Source: an uncultured bacterium (GTDB lineage: Bacteria > Babelota > Babeliae > Babelales > Babelaceae). Taken from it: a DNA stretch of 64,000 nucleotides. The stretch spans positions 48,430 to 112,429 of the forward strand of contig CAVQBR010000001.1 of assembly GCA_963710865.1 (NCBI GenBank), given 5' to 3'. Both the position numbers and the translations under genes were made by a program. Below are positions 28,891-38,517 of the stretch, in pieces; positions within the stretch are counted from its first letter, which is position 1; every line of letters begins with the position of its first letter. The notes under the pieces are model-generated. The model searched no databases, had not been told where the DNA came from, and was given only the letters and a program-made list of their open reading frames with translations.

Positions 28891-30076
28891 AAGGATGAAG
28901 ATGATTTACCGCACAATCACAGAGAAGCTCCTTAAAAGCAGTACTCAGTACCCTGTTATAGCCCTGACTGGACCACGACAGTCGGGCAAGACGACTCTTG
29001 TGCGATCAACGTTTGTTAATTATACCTATGTTTCCTTAGAAAACGACGACGTGCGACAATTTGCAGACCAAGATCCCATCAAATTCTTGGATACCTATGG
29101 GAGCGGCGAAGGAATTATTATTGACGAGATCCAACATGTACCCAAACTACTTTCCTACATTCAAACAATCGTTGATGAGGATAAGCGTTTTGGGAGATTC
29201 ATTATAACTGGCTCGCAAAATTTTCTTGTAAATGAGGCAGTTACCCAAAGCTTAGCAGGAAGAGTCGCGCTGCTCACCTTATTTCCTTTTTCAATCGAAG
29301 AATTAAAAAACGCATCTTTGCTCCCAACAATACTAGAGGAAGCCCTCTTCAAGGGATCCTACCCCGGCGCATATGTAAACGAGCATTCACCACACGAACT
29401 TTATACTAATTACATTCGTACCTATGTAGAACGAGACGTACGCACTATTAAGAATGTGCAAAATCTAAGCATGTTTCAAAACTTCATGAAACTATGCGCT
29501 GGTCGTGCTGGACAGGTACTTAATATCAGTTCATTAGCAAACGATTGTGGCATAGATCATAAAACTGCGCATGGCTGGATCTCCCTGCTAGAAGCAAGTT
29601 ATGTCCTTTTCTTGGTATACCCATATCACAAAAAATTTGGAAAGCGCGTTACCAAGGCGCCAAAGCTCTATTTTACCGATACAGGCATGGTCTGCGCACT
29701 GTTGCGAATTCGATCTGCCGAGGAGCTTTCTTCATCATACCTGCTGGGTTCACTCTTTGAAAATCTCATTATTGCAGATCTGTTCAAACAATATTATAAC
29801 CAAGGAATCACCCCCTCAATATACTTCTGGAGAGATCAGCGCCACGAGCTCGATTGTATAATCGACGAACCTCGGGGACCCTTTGCCATCGAAATTAAAT
29901 CTGGTGCAACGGTAACAAATAACTACTTCTCACAACTTACTTATTGGGCCGGTCTATCAGGAGCCCCTAGTTTCAATAATTTTGTCGTCTATGGTGGGTC
30001 CGAAAATCAAATACGTACGGCTGCTAACGTTGTTGCTTGGAAAGATTCAGGAACCCTTGTCAGTCGGTTCATCTAG
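28883..30076 (+). CDS. AAA_14 ATPase with a DUF4143 C-terminal domain
   Basis: Walker A in LTGPRQSGKTTL, Walker B/sensor in IIIDEIQHVP. The C-terminal half is typical of the DUF4143 family. The true start may be one of the downstream ATGs (MKMIYRT or MIYRT), because the first ATG lies inside a direct repeat. Confidence 0.85.
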   Translation: MSQRMKMIYRTITEKLLKSSTQYPVIALTGPRQSGKTTLVRSTFVNYTYVSLENDDVRQFADQDPIKFLDTYGSGEGIIIDEIQHVPKLLSYIQTIVDEDKRFGRFIITGSQNFLVNEAVTQSLAGRVALLTLFPFSIEELKNASLLPTILEEALFKGSYPGAYVNEHSPHELYTNYIRTYVERDVRTIKNVQNLSMFQNFMKLCAGRAGQVLNISSLANDCGIDHKTAHGWISLLEASYVLFLVYPYHKKFGKRVTKAPKLYFTDTGMVCALLRIRSAEELSSSYLLGSLFENLIIADLFKQYYNQGITPSIYFWRDQRHELDCIIDEPRGPFAIEIKSGATVTNNYFSQLTYWAGLSGAPSFNNFVVYGGSENQIRTAANVVAWKDSGTLVSRFI

Positions 30077-31387
30077 CTGTTTCTTGAGAAACAACTGCCA
30101 AGCGGGAATAACCTCGATTAATCCATGCGGACTTTCTATCACTTCCGATTCATCGAGAGTAACTATAAGGCCCTTTGGCACATTAAGCTCTTTCATACCC
30201 TGGGCGAGTGCCTCAAGTTCTCGCTTTCGAGTCCGAGGATCTTTAATCGTAAGAGATACCTGCACAAGATGCATCGTCTGGTCTGCCAGGAGTAGAACAA
30301 AATCTACTTCTTTACCGTCGATCGTTTTGTAGTAGAAGACATCTGAAGAATAGGCACGAAGGTAGGCAAAGACTGCAGTTTCCAATTGACTCGCCAAATC
30401 AAAATCACTCGCTATGGTGAAAGCAGTAATCAACCCTTGATCTATTGCGTATATTTTTTTAATCCCGTATGCCGATTTGGTAACGGACAAGTCAAACTTA
30501 GGAAGTGAAAATACGCAGTAGGCATCTTCAAAATAACCCATATACTCGTAGAGAGAATTCTTGCTTACCTCGTATCCCATTGATTTGAAAATGTGATACA
30601 TCTTATTAAGGCTGAAGCTCGTTGCACTATTGCGCAAAGCATGAGACAAGAGTAGTTTTAGAGCATGAGTATTACCAACTCCGTATCTATCGACAATATC
30701 TCTGTAAATCACCGAAGAAGTGTATCCTTGGAGCAATGTACGATGCACGTCGGGCGCCGCGCCCACCGTTTCAGGAAAGCCGCCCACTCGCAGAAACTTT
30801 TGCAAATGATGCATCAATTCAATTTTCTCAGATGACGACTTGTCACTCTTCCCAATTGCAAAACCAAGCCGATGCAGGTATTCCCGAAAGTTAAACGGAA
30901 ATATCTCCTGAACCATCGTTCTTCCTCGCAATGAGGAGGCAATCTCCTTACTAAGCATTTTGCTGGACGAACCAGTAAGATAGATATGCATTGCTTCTTG
31001 ATCGAGCAAACGCCTCACAAACTTCTCCCAACCCTCAACTTCATGTATCTCATCAAAAAAGAAATGGACATCCGGATCCACTAAATAGTCAGGGTACAAC
31101 TCAAAGTACGCTTTCAAAATATCTTGAAAGTTTTTGCCTTGCATGTCCGAAAGCCGATCATCTTCAAAATTAAGATAGAGAATTTTGGTACGGTCTACCC
31201 CCGTGGACATAAGATCATGCATTAATTGATACAAGTACCAGGTTTTACCCGAACGTCTCATTCCCAAAAAGACATATGCCTTTCTTACCCCCGGCGGGAC
31301 TACTTTGAGAGTAAGCTCACGCTTTGATGGCTTGGCAAGCAGCTTCCTCTGAAACTCTACTATCAGTTCTTTAAAAAGCTCTTTCAT
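30047..31387 (-). CDS. AAA_14 ATPase with a DUF4143 C-terminal domain (second, divergent member)
   Basis: Walker A in LGMRRSGKTW, Walker B in FFFDEIHEVEGW. It is convergent with 28883..30076, and the two 3-prime ends overlap by 30 nt. Confidence 0.85.
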   Translation of the reverse strand: MKELFKELIVEFQRKLLAKPSKRELTLKVVPPGVRKAYVFLGMRRSGKTWYLYQLMHDLMSTGVDRTKILYLNFEDDRLSDMQGKNFQDILKAYFELYPDYLVDPDVHFFFDEIHEVEGWEKFVRRLLDQEAMHIYLTGSSSKMLSKEIASSLRGRTMVQEIFPFNFREYLHRLGFAIGKSDKSSSEKIELMHHLQKFLRVGGFPETVGAAPDVHRTLLQGYTSSVIYRDIVDRYGVGNTHALKLLLSHALRNSATSFSLNKMYHIFKSMGYEVSKNSLYEYMGYFEDAYCVFSLPKFDLSVTKSAYGIKKIYAIDQGLITAFTIASDFDLASQLETAVFAYLRAYSSDVFYYKTIDGKEVDFVLLLADQTMHLVQVSLTIKDPRTRKRELEALAQGMKELNVPKGLIVTLDESEVIESPHGLIEVIPAWQLFLKKQLDEPTDKGS

Positions 31388-32140
31388 TTTTTCCCTTTAA
31401 TAAGGACAAACTTTCTACTTTCTTTCCCTTCATGAGGGATAAAATACCATATTTTTTTCCCTCTCGCAAGGAAAGAGGCAAAGCTTCTGCCACTAAGATC
31501 CTCACAGAAGGCCTTTACTAGTTTTTTGGTCACCGATCTGATTACTGAAAGCTGACAAGGGAGGGCTTCTGATGAGAAGTTTCTCGCAAAGACTTCATGG
31601 ATCCCAAGTGAGCGATTTCTCACATTCAGTTCAAAGTAGAGGCTGCCAAAAGCAGACACATTTTACTTTTTCTTCCCTCTATGAGGGACAAAATATCAGC
31701 TTCTTTCCCTCTTGCAAGGAAAGAGTACAAGCTTTTGCCCGTACGGTCCTCGCACAAGGCTTTTGCCAGCCTTTTGATCGCTGATCAGATGTCTGCAGGC
31801 TGATTTAACATAGAAGTTTCTCGCAAAGACTTCATGGTCCTCTTGTAGGCGATTTCTCACATTCAGTTCAAAGTAGAAGCTGCCAAAAGCAGACATATTT
31901 TAATTTTTCTTCCCTCTATGAGGGATAAAATATCATTTTCTTTCCCTCATGCAGGGAAAGAGGTCGCGATTGTGTCACTAAGGTCCTTGCACAAGGCCTT
32001 TACGATTCCTTTGATAGTCGATCATATGTCTGACAAAAAAGACAAGCGCTTAGAAATTTTTTGCAAAACGAAACACTGCACGGACCCCTTTTGGTCGGTT
32101 CCTTACATTAAATTCAAAATAGAGGTTGCCAAAAATGAAC
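31388..32140 (-). repeat. tandem array (periods about 246 and 237 nt): the real 3-prime end of the OMP gene plus two degenerate copies, each followed by a pair of hairpins
   Basis: FGNLYFEFNVRNR (real gene) is echoed by FGSFYFELNVRNR (from 31896) and FGSLYFELNVRNR (from 31659). Each unit ends with TCTTTCC(C/T)T-loop-AGGGAAAGA and TCCCTCAT(A/G)(G/A)AGGGA hairpins. Confidence 0.8.
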
Positions 32141-32970
32141 AAATCTTCTCGAGGCAATGTTAGAACGCCTGGTCCGATACCAACAACTCGTTCCTTGCTA
32201 TTGGGAACCTCAACTCCCTGAACCTTATTATTCTGCAGCTGCTGAAGATAGTAGCCATTTATGCCGATGTACCATTTCATAGGCTCTATCCGATAGGTGA
32301 GATCAAAATTCATATGGAAGGTATCCCCGAGTCTTCTACAATTTTTTTTATCAAAGCTGCACCATAAGTAGTGAAGCCGCCATGAAGAGCTTATTTTCTC
32401 GGTAATGAAAAGGGTTGCTGCCCAATGAGGTGAAATGACGTAAAAAGCGTTTCCCGGATTGATGCTAAACTCAGGAGCTTTATTCTTTCCTGTCGGAAAT
32501 GAGAAAATACAAGCTAACCGATGGACGAAGAAAGGTTTATCTGCTCGCCACATTAAATCCCATTGCAAAAAGGGGGCTACTACAAAATCAGAAAATCCGC
32601 TGCCACTGCTTTTTATTCCTAGCTGATTGCGATTCAACTGAGCGTAGAATGCGATAGGCAGCAAGACTGAGACACCAGGCTTTGCATTGAACAGAATGTT
32701 TTCTGGAGCCTGATAGGTACCCTGAGGACTCACAACCAAGACATTTAACTGGGGATTTGTGATACCTGGAAGAGGATTCCCCTGAAAGTCAGTAAAGGTA
32801 TTCGAATGATAAAACACTTGAAACTGTTGATAGGACCATTCTTTTCTATTTAACAAGCCAAATCCATCGAAAAAGCTTGTAGAGCCTAAGTTAACAGGTG
32901 GCAAACCATATCCTACAGCTTTCTGCAAACTGAAGAGAAAAAACAATAGCCAGATGTTTCTAGAGTACAT
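32050..32970 (-). CDS. outer-membrane beta-barrel protein (MetA-pathway/SphA-like transporter family)
   Basis: Signal peptide MYSRNIWLLFFLFSLQKAVG and an N-terminal LPPVNLGSTSFFDGFG motif. Alternating beta-strand pattern and a C-terminal aromatic residue (FRFAKNF-stop), typical of OMPs. Confidence 0.7.
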   Translation of the reverse strand: MYSRNIWLLFFLFSLQKAVGYGLPPVNLGSTSFFDGFGLLNRKEWSYQQFQVFYHSNTFTDFQGNPLPGITNPQLNVLVVSPQGTYQAPENILFNAKPGVSVLLPIAFYAQLNRNQLGIKSSGSGFSDFVVAPFLQWDLMWRADKPFFVHRLACIFSFPTGKNKAPEFSINPGNAFYVISPHWAATLFITEKISSSWRLHYLWCSFDKKNCRRLGDTFHMNFDLTYRIEPMKWYIGINGYYLQQLQNNKVQGVEVPNSKERVVGIGPGVLTLPREDLFIFGNLYFEFNVRNRPKGVRAVFRFAKNF

Positions 32971-33029
32971 ACCGCCCCGTTAACGAAAAAGGCACTTCCT
33001 GTGAAGTGCCCTCTTTATTTCTAAAAGAC

Positions 33030-33758
33030 TTATTTTCTTCGAGCTACTTTTGCGAGCAATCGCAAAAGCTCAACATAGAGCCAAATAAGTGTAACAAGAA
33101 CCATAAATGCAGCATACCATTCCATATAGTCTGGACGCTCTGCCTCTACACTTTCTTCAATCAACTGAAAATCGAGCAATAAATTAAACGCGGCAATACC
33201 AACCACAAAAAGGCTAAAGAGAATGCTCGTCATACTGCTACTTTGATAAAAGGCGGTCGTTTGGACACCGCAGAGAGCTAGACCAAACAGAAGGAGATAG
33301 GTAAGCCCAATACCAGCTGTAGCTGAAATAATTATTGCCTTAACCGTTTCAGTCACTTCAATAAGCTTAAGTCTATAGACGAGTAACATACCCACAGCCG
33401 TCGCAGACGTAAGAGCAAGCGCAAGTGTAGTAATACCACCATAGCGAAGTTCATACGCAGCAGAGATTCCTCCGAGAAGAAACCCTTGAAGCACAGCATA
33501 CGGCAAAGTCGTATAACGTGACAAGTGAGGTCTGAAGACTGTTACTATACTGAGTATCACACCTCCTATAAAAGCTCCCAAAGTAAGAGTACTGTTGAGA
33601 GAATTTCCTGAGAAAAACTGCCACCAACTAAGAGCTGCTGCCCCGATCATTGCAGCAATAAGCAATGTTACTTTGGTCAGCGTACCTTGCAACGTCATCG
33701 GCCTGTCAGCGTGAGAGCTCGTTGCCGAAAACACATTTTTTACGATATCAAATGCCAT
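33030..33758 (-). CDS. Bax-inhibitor-1-like (BaxI_1/YccA-related) integral membrane protein
   Basis: Seven predicted TM segments. N-terminus ... MTLQGTLTKVTLLI, C-terminus EWYAAFMVLVTLIWLYVELLRLLAK. This matches the eWYgAF.L.vtLvWLYlEiLRLL signature of the family. Confidence 0.8.
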   Translation of the reverse strand: MAFDIVKNVFSATSSHADRPMTLQGTLTKVTLLIAAMIGAAALSWWQFFSGNSLNSTLTLGAFIGGVILSIVTVFRPHLSRYTTLPYAVLQGFLLGGISAAYELRYGGITTLALALTSATAVGMLLVYRLKLIEVTETVKAIIISATAGIGLTYLLLFGLALCGVQTTAFYQSSSMTSILFSLFVVGIAAFNLLLDFQLIEESVEAERPDYMEWYAAFMVLVTLIWLYVELLRLLAKVARRK

Positions 33759-33853
33759 GAATCACCTCATTAAGTGAAAGATCAACTATACATTGTTAGT
33801 ATAGACCAAAATTCAAAAAACACCAGCTGCAGCTAACATAAAAGTAAACACTA

Positions 33854-34606
33854 TCACTGACTGAGAGGTCGCTCCCTATTTGAGCGAGGCAGCATCTGAT
33901 TATCTGCATGATGATGAAGGGCACTATCTAACCAATTAATAAGATTGTTACCCAAATGCCTCATCGGTATTTTTCCACTACGATACGCATGATAAAGCGC
34001 TTCTTTCATTTCTAATGTTTCATCGTAGCCATCTTTTATCAACTCAGTCCACCGATATGCAATGTCTCTGCCTACTTTACTACGCGGGTCTGCGTCAAGG
34101 CTTCTTTCTATATCATCGATAAGCTCTTGCCATCGTTTTCTATAGAGAGCAAGCTCCTTCGCTGCAGGCTGGTCAATTTCTGTGGCCTGTCTTCCAAGTA
34201 TCTTTCTCCTCAACTCCTCAAACAAATGCTCTTCAATAAGCCTTAGAAGTAGATGCAAATCGATACTGTCCCGAGTTCTCGAGTGTTGTAAAATAATTTC
34301 CAATGCCTTACAAGAAGTCTGGAGCTCTTCAAGTTGCTCCTGTGCTTCAAAACTTTGTCTTTGAAGGTCTTGCAAGCTCATAACACCATTTTTCTTGAGT
34401 ATCTCTTTAATTACTAATAAGGAAAATCCCAAAAACCGAAGCGCGAGGATCGGCTGAACTTTTAACAAATCAAACTGTGAATACACACGGTATCCATTTG
34501 ATAATCGTTTTGAAGGTTTTAACAAACCAATACGATCATAATGATGCAAAGAACGCACCGAAATGTTCGTCATAATACTAAATTCTTTTATCAACCAAGT
34601 AGCCAT
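33854..34606 (-). CDS. MerR-family transcriptional regulator with a TipAS-like C-terminal domain
   Basis: MATWLIKEFSIMTNISVRSLHHYDRIGLLKPSKRLSNGYRVYSQFDLLKVQPILALRFLGFSL is a MerR HTH. The C-terminus YRKRWQELIDDIERSLDADP ... MKEALYHAYRSGKIP is TipAS-like. Confidence 0.85.
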   Translation of the reverse strand: MATWLIKEFSIMTNISVRSLHHYDRIGLLKPSKRLSNGYRVYSQFDLLKVQPILALRFLGFSLLVIKEILKKNGVMSLQDLQRQSFEAQEQLEELQTSCKALEIILQHSRTRDSIDLHLLLRLIEEHLFEELRRKILGRQATEIDQPAAKELALYRKRWQELIDDIERSLDADPRSKVGRDIAYRWTELIKDGYDETLEMKEALYHAYRSGKIPMRHLGNNLINWLDSALHHHADNQMLPRSNRERPLSQ

Positions 34607-34899
34607 AGTTCCCTTTTATACTTTATCTTTGCATAAAACATCTCCTGTATTGAGGATATACCTCTGATACTTTTCCAAATAAGTCATTGCTCAAATCAAT
34701 GAATGATTCTAAATCATTTTTTTTCGAGTCTAATTATCTAATACAGCTCACGAATCTGCTTTGAATTGTTGTATACCGACATAAGGATGACAAGCAGATT
34801 GTGACTCATATGAACAATCACGTGATTGTTTAAGCATAAATCTCTATTTAAAAGTTATTTTGACTAGTTCTAGCAACAACCCGCAAGAAATAGATGCGA

Positions 34900-35238
34900 T
34901 TATTCGTAAACTCCTTTTTTGTGATAGGTTAGAGCAACCTCTAACCACAGTGTTAAATTTTTACTGAAATGAATGTTTGGTAATGTTCCATCACTATAAG
35001 CATTGTACAATGCTTCTTTTACTTTCGGGTTCTTTCCATCACACTCATTTACCAAATCAATCCAGTTATCAGCAACCCTCCTTCCCACGATACCCAAAGG
35101 ATCTTCATGAAGACATTCTTCAATTTCTTCAATGAGCTCTTCCCATCGTTTTCCATAGTGGGCAAGCTCTTGCTGAGCAGCCTGTTCAAGTTTACTCGTG
35201 TGTTTACAAAACAATTTCCTTCTTAGCTCTTCAAACAT
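34900..35238 (-). CDS. stand-alone TipAS-like domain protein (MerR paralog lacking the HTH)
   Basis: 112 aa, aligning from LFEELRRK onward with the C-terminal halves of both flanking MerR genes. It starts 19 nt after the stop of 35257..36009. No HTH-coding remnant is visible upstream. Confidence 0.55.
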   Translation of the reverse strand: MFEELRRKLFCKHTSKLEQAAQQELAHYGKRWEELIEEIEECLHEDPLGIVGRRVADNWIDLVNECDGKNPKVKEALYNAYSDGTLPNIHFSKNLTLWLEVALTYHKKGVYE

Positions 35239-35256
35239 TTTTACTCCCCATCTGCA

Positions 35257-36009
35257 CTACAGCTCCTTGAAAACTCTTCGTTTCTCCAGGCCAGGAGGAA
35301 GAGGTGCACAGTTCACTATTTTAAGCGCAACTTCTAACCAATCAACGACCTCCTTGCTAAAAGGGGTATTGGGTATTTTAGCACCTAGGTAAGCATCATG
35401 TAACGCTTGCTTCAATGCAGGTTCTCTGTCGCATGATTCATTTGCTAGTTTTGCCCATGCATAGGCAATTTGTTTACCTCTCTCGCCACACGGGTCTTCT
35501 TCAAGAGATGCTACTATTTCCGTAATAAGATCTTCCCATCGCTTTTTGTAGTAAGCAAACTCTTCGGCAAAGGATGGCTCAAGATTAGGAGCTGACTTGC
35601 CAAATACCTTTTTTTTGTCTTCGGCAGAAATATTCTCATTTATAAAGCTTATAATGTGAGGCAAATTAAGATTCACTTCATTCTCAGAATGTGCTATGAG
35701 CAACTCTAATACTTTATAGGCAGCTTGCAGTTGTTCAATCTCTGACTTCAGTGCAACACGCTGCTTTTGGAGATCTTCCAGTGCAAGGCTATCATTTTTG
35801 AGAATCTTGCTAATCTGTAGCAAAGAAAATCCCATGAAACGAAGTGCTACTATCGGATGAACCTTTGCCAGATCTAACTCGGAATATACCCGATATCCAT
35901 TTGCTAAACGTTTCGATGGTTTTAGCAGCCCAATACGATCATAATGCTGTAATGATCGCACTGTTATGTTAGTAATTTTACTAAATTCTTTGATAAACCA
36001 AGTAGCCAT
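35257..36009 (-). CDS. MerR-family transcriptional regulator with a TipAS-like C-terminal domain (paralog)
   Basis: The likely start is the ATG at 36009 (MATWFIKEFSKITNITVRSLQHYDRIGLLKPSKRLANGYRVYSELDL), parallel to 33854..34606. Confidence 0.85.
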   Translation of the reverse strand: MATWFIKEFSKITNITVRSLQHYDRIGLLKPSKRLANGYRVYSELDLAKVHPIVALRFMGFSLLQISKILKNDSLALEDLQKQRVALKSEIEQLQAAYKVLELLIAHSENEVNLNLPHIISFINENISAEDKKKVFGKSAPNLEPSFAEEFAYYKKRWEDLITEIVASLEEDPCGERGKQIAYAWAKLANESCDREPALKQALHDAYLGAKIPNTPFSKEVVDWLEVALKIVNCAPLPPGLEKRRVFKEL

Positions 36010-36306
36010 TTTCCCTCTCAATATAATGCCTGGATATAAGGTTAAGGCATACACCTATGTAAGAGTCAAGTAATTTTTTTTTTAAGAAAAATAAAATCAA
36101 ATAACCCTCAACAACCCTTCTTGGCAAAATCCACCTTAGTGGTCCCATGCTCTTATGAGATGGCTAATCGAGAGGTTAATTTACCAAAAAAATCAAAAAA
36201 TTCAATGAACTTTAGCATTATTCATGACAAAATCATTTTTATCGATAATTTGACTTTTTATCGATAAAGCTATACCTTGAAACTACACTACTTGAGGAAC
36301 ACTACC

Positions 36307-36975
36307 ATGAATGAACATCATACTCTTACCAGTAAATGTTACGAACAGCTGCAAAACGATATTATCGAAGGGACACTACACCCAGGGGAGAAGCTTATTA
36401 TTGAGAAGCTTAAACAACGTTACGGAGTAGGACCTACCCCCTTAAGAGAAGCACTCTCTCGCCTGCTCGATACGGGACTCGTTACAATACTTGAAAATAG
36501 GGGCTTTTATGTACGTCAGGTATCTGAGGCCGACATTCGAGATATTTATCATACGTTCTCTCTCATTGAGACCATAGCACTTACCGAAGCACTGGTACGG
36601 GGAGATGATCGCTGGGAGGCCGGAATTGTATCTACCCTTCATGAGCTCTCGCTCATCGAGCTAAAATCAGAAGTCAGTGATTACACAGTATGGAGAGAAC
36701 GAAATTACGCATTTCATTGTGCTCTCATAGCAGGATGCAATTCTCCCACCTTACTTCAAATACGCTCAACGCTCTACAAGAAATTTGATCGCTATTGTCG
36801 AATGAGTTTTCACCTTGCAAGCACTCACTTACCGTTCAATCATGAAGAGCATGTACAATTAAGCCAAGCCGCACTCAAACGAGATACAGCTGAGGCATGT
36901 GACCTTACTACGCATCATATTTTTGGTGCACTTGAAGAAATAATACAAGTACTCAAAACAAAACGGCTCATCTAG
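36307..36975 (+). CDS. GntR-family transcriptional regulator (FadR/FCD-type C-terminal domain)
   Basis: MNEHHTLTSKCYEQLQNDIIEGTLHPGEKLIIEKLKQRYGVGPTPLREALSRLLDTGLVTILENRGFYVRQVS is a GntR winged helix, followed by an all-helical C-terminal domain. ATG at 36307 is preferred over the track start at 36277. Confidence 0.85.
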   Translation: MNEHHTLTSKCYEQLQNDIIEGTLHPGEKLIIEKLKQRYGVGPTPLREALSRLLDTGLVTILENRGFYVRQVSEADIRDIYHTFSLIETIALTEALVRGDDRWEAGIVSTLHELSLIELKSEVSDYTVWRERNYAFHCALIAGCNSPTLLQIRSTLYKKFDRYCRMSFHLASTHLPFNHEEHVQLSQAALKRDTAEACDLTTHHIFGALEEIIQVLKTKRLI

Positions 36976-36988
36976 CAAGGAATTTTAA

Positions 36989-38410
36989 ATGAATTACGCT
37001 ATCCGCATTGCAATCCTCTATGGCATTGTCTGGTTTATCGATTTGCTGGATGCTTCTATTTTAAATGTAGCTCTCCCAAGTATTGCCCATGGCTTTAATA
37101 CAACTGCACCACATGCAGAATGGGCTATTATAGGATTTCTGTTAGCTCTCACCATAGCTATTCCCCTGAGTGGATGGCTCTCAAACGAGCATGGGGCAAA
37201 AAAGATTTTTTTTGGAGCACAGGTACTCTATACAATGAGCTCACTTGCCTGCGGACTCGCTCCTTCACTGAGCATACTCATTCTCTGCAGGGTTATACAA
37301 GGTGCTGCTGGTGGACTCCTCATACCGGTGGGAATGACGCTCTTGCTCCAAAATACACCGGCACATCAATGGGCTACCATCACTTCAAATATGAATATGA
37401 TTACTCTCATCGCACCCGCACTCGGCCCCTTACTTGCAGGGTATATAACTGCTTCATTCGGCTGGCGCTGGTTATTTTTATTTAAATTTCCTCTCTCAGC
37501 AGTGTGCCTTCTCCTCACCCAGCTATGGCTCCATGAAGAACCTACACAACCTCGCACCCCGTTTGATGGGACAGGATATGCTGCAGCAAGTATCTCATTG
37601 ATAACCCTGCTCCTTGCAGTATCAAATATTGGGCAACTGAGCACACCTCTTCTGCTTCTTTTTGGCGGGATATCTCTTATTACCGGACTGCTCTTTTGGA
37701 GAATCGAATCAAAGAGGGATCATCCTTTGATACCACCTTCGATTTTTAAGGTGCAGTTTTTTGGCGTGGGGAATATCATTCAATGCGCTGCTAATATGAT
37801 TTTCCTTGGGGCGACATTCATTACCGGCCTCTACTTACAAGAGGCGCTTGGATTTTCAATCGTTAAAACTGGCTGGATACTTGCAGCAATTACACCGGGC
37901 ATGCTAGCAGTATTACCGTTCATAAGCAGATATTACAATCGACTAGGGCCCCTCCCCTTTATTGTACCTGGTCTTATTGGCTTATCTGCTTCTATGTTCG
38001 CCCTCCTGTTTGTTACCCCACAAACGTCTCCCCTGATTATTGCTTGCATTATATTCTGTGAAGGAGCAACATCGACCCTTATACAAACCCCTAATGCACT
38101 CACTATCTTCTGCGAAGTCCCTTCAGAGCTTAAGGGAGTAGGAAGTTCAATCTATGCTCTTGGGAAACAGCTCTCAGCAAGCATAGGAGTTGCGCTCTCA
38201 ACGATGCTCTTAGCAATAGCACTCAAATGGCATGGGGTATCGGTACTCACGCTGGGCAGTCAACAGCTCTTCACTCTTGTATACCTCGCCCTTGGAACAA
38301 TACCGCTTCTCGCACTTATAGCCTGCCTTTTCATCGACAATCAGCGAGCGCGTAAGCAGTTTGCCAAAGCAAAGCACCTGCCTTCCGAAACTGAGCTGGC
38401 AACCGAATAA
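36989..38410 (+). CDS. MFS transporter, DHA2 (EmrB/QacA-like, 14-TMS) type
   Basis: 473 aa, about 14 hydrophobic segments, LDASILNVALPSI near the N-terminus and a G..L.R..QG.G.G motif. It starts 14 nt after the GntR gene, so the two are probably an operon. Confidence 0.9.
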   Translation: MNYAIRIAILYGIVWFIDLLDASILNVALPSIAHGFNTTAPHAEWAIIGFLLALTIAIPLSGWLSNEHGAKKIFFGAQVLYTMSSLACGLAPSLSILILCRVIQGAAGGLLIPVGMTLLLQNTPAHQWATITSNMNMITLIAPALGPLLAGYITASFGWRWLFLFKFPLSAVCLLLTQLWLHEEPTQPRTPFDGTGYAAASISLITLLLAVSNIGQLSTPLLLLFGGISLITGLLFWRIESKRDHPLIPPSIFKVQFFGVGNIIQCAANMIFLGATFITGLYLQEALGFSIVKTGWILAAITPGMLAVLPFISRYYNRLGPLPFIVPGLIGLSASMFALLFVTPQTSPLIIACIIFCEGATSTLIQTPNALTIFCEVPSELKGVGSSIYALGKQLSASIGVALSTMLLAIALKWHGVSVLTLGSQQLFTLVYLALGTIPLLALIACLFIDNQRARKQFAKAKHLPSETELATE

Positions 38411-38517
38411 ACCACTACGTACTTATTTTGCACAAACACTTGATTGTGGAATGCATACTTTCATATACTCATGAGGAGTAAGTTCACCGTGCATCACAAT
38501 GAAAGGAAAAAATTAGT

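Noticed and set aside
31388-32140. Regularly spaced repeats with hairpins, which could be mistaken for a CRISPR array
   Set aside because: The period is about 237-246 nt rather than about 60-75 nt. Each unit contains a recognisable remnant of the adjacent OMP gene 3-prime end, there are no short unique spacers, and no cas genes lie in the window.
31384-32163. Track ORFs 31384..31659, 31572..31784, 31696..31896 and 31918..32163 as real genes
   Set aside because: Their only conserved part is the degenerate copy of the OMP C-terminus. The remainder reads through hairpin/spacer sequence, and they lack ribosome-binding sites. They are treated as repeat remnants.
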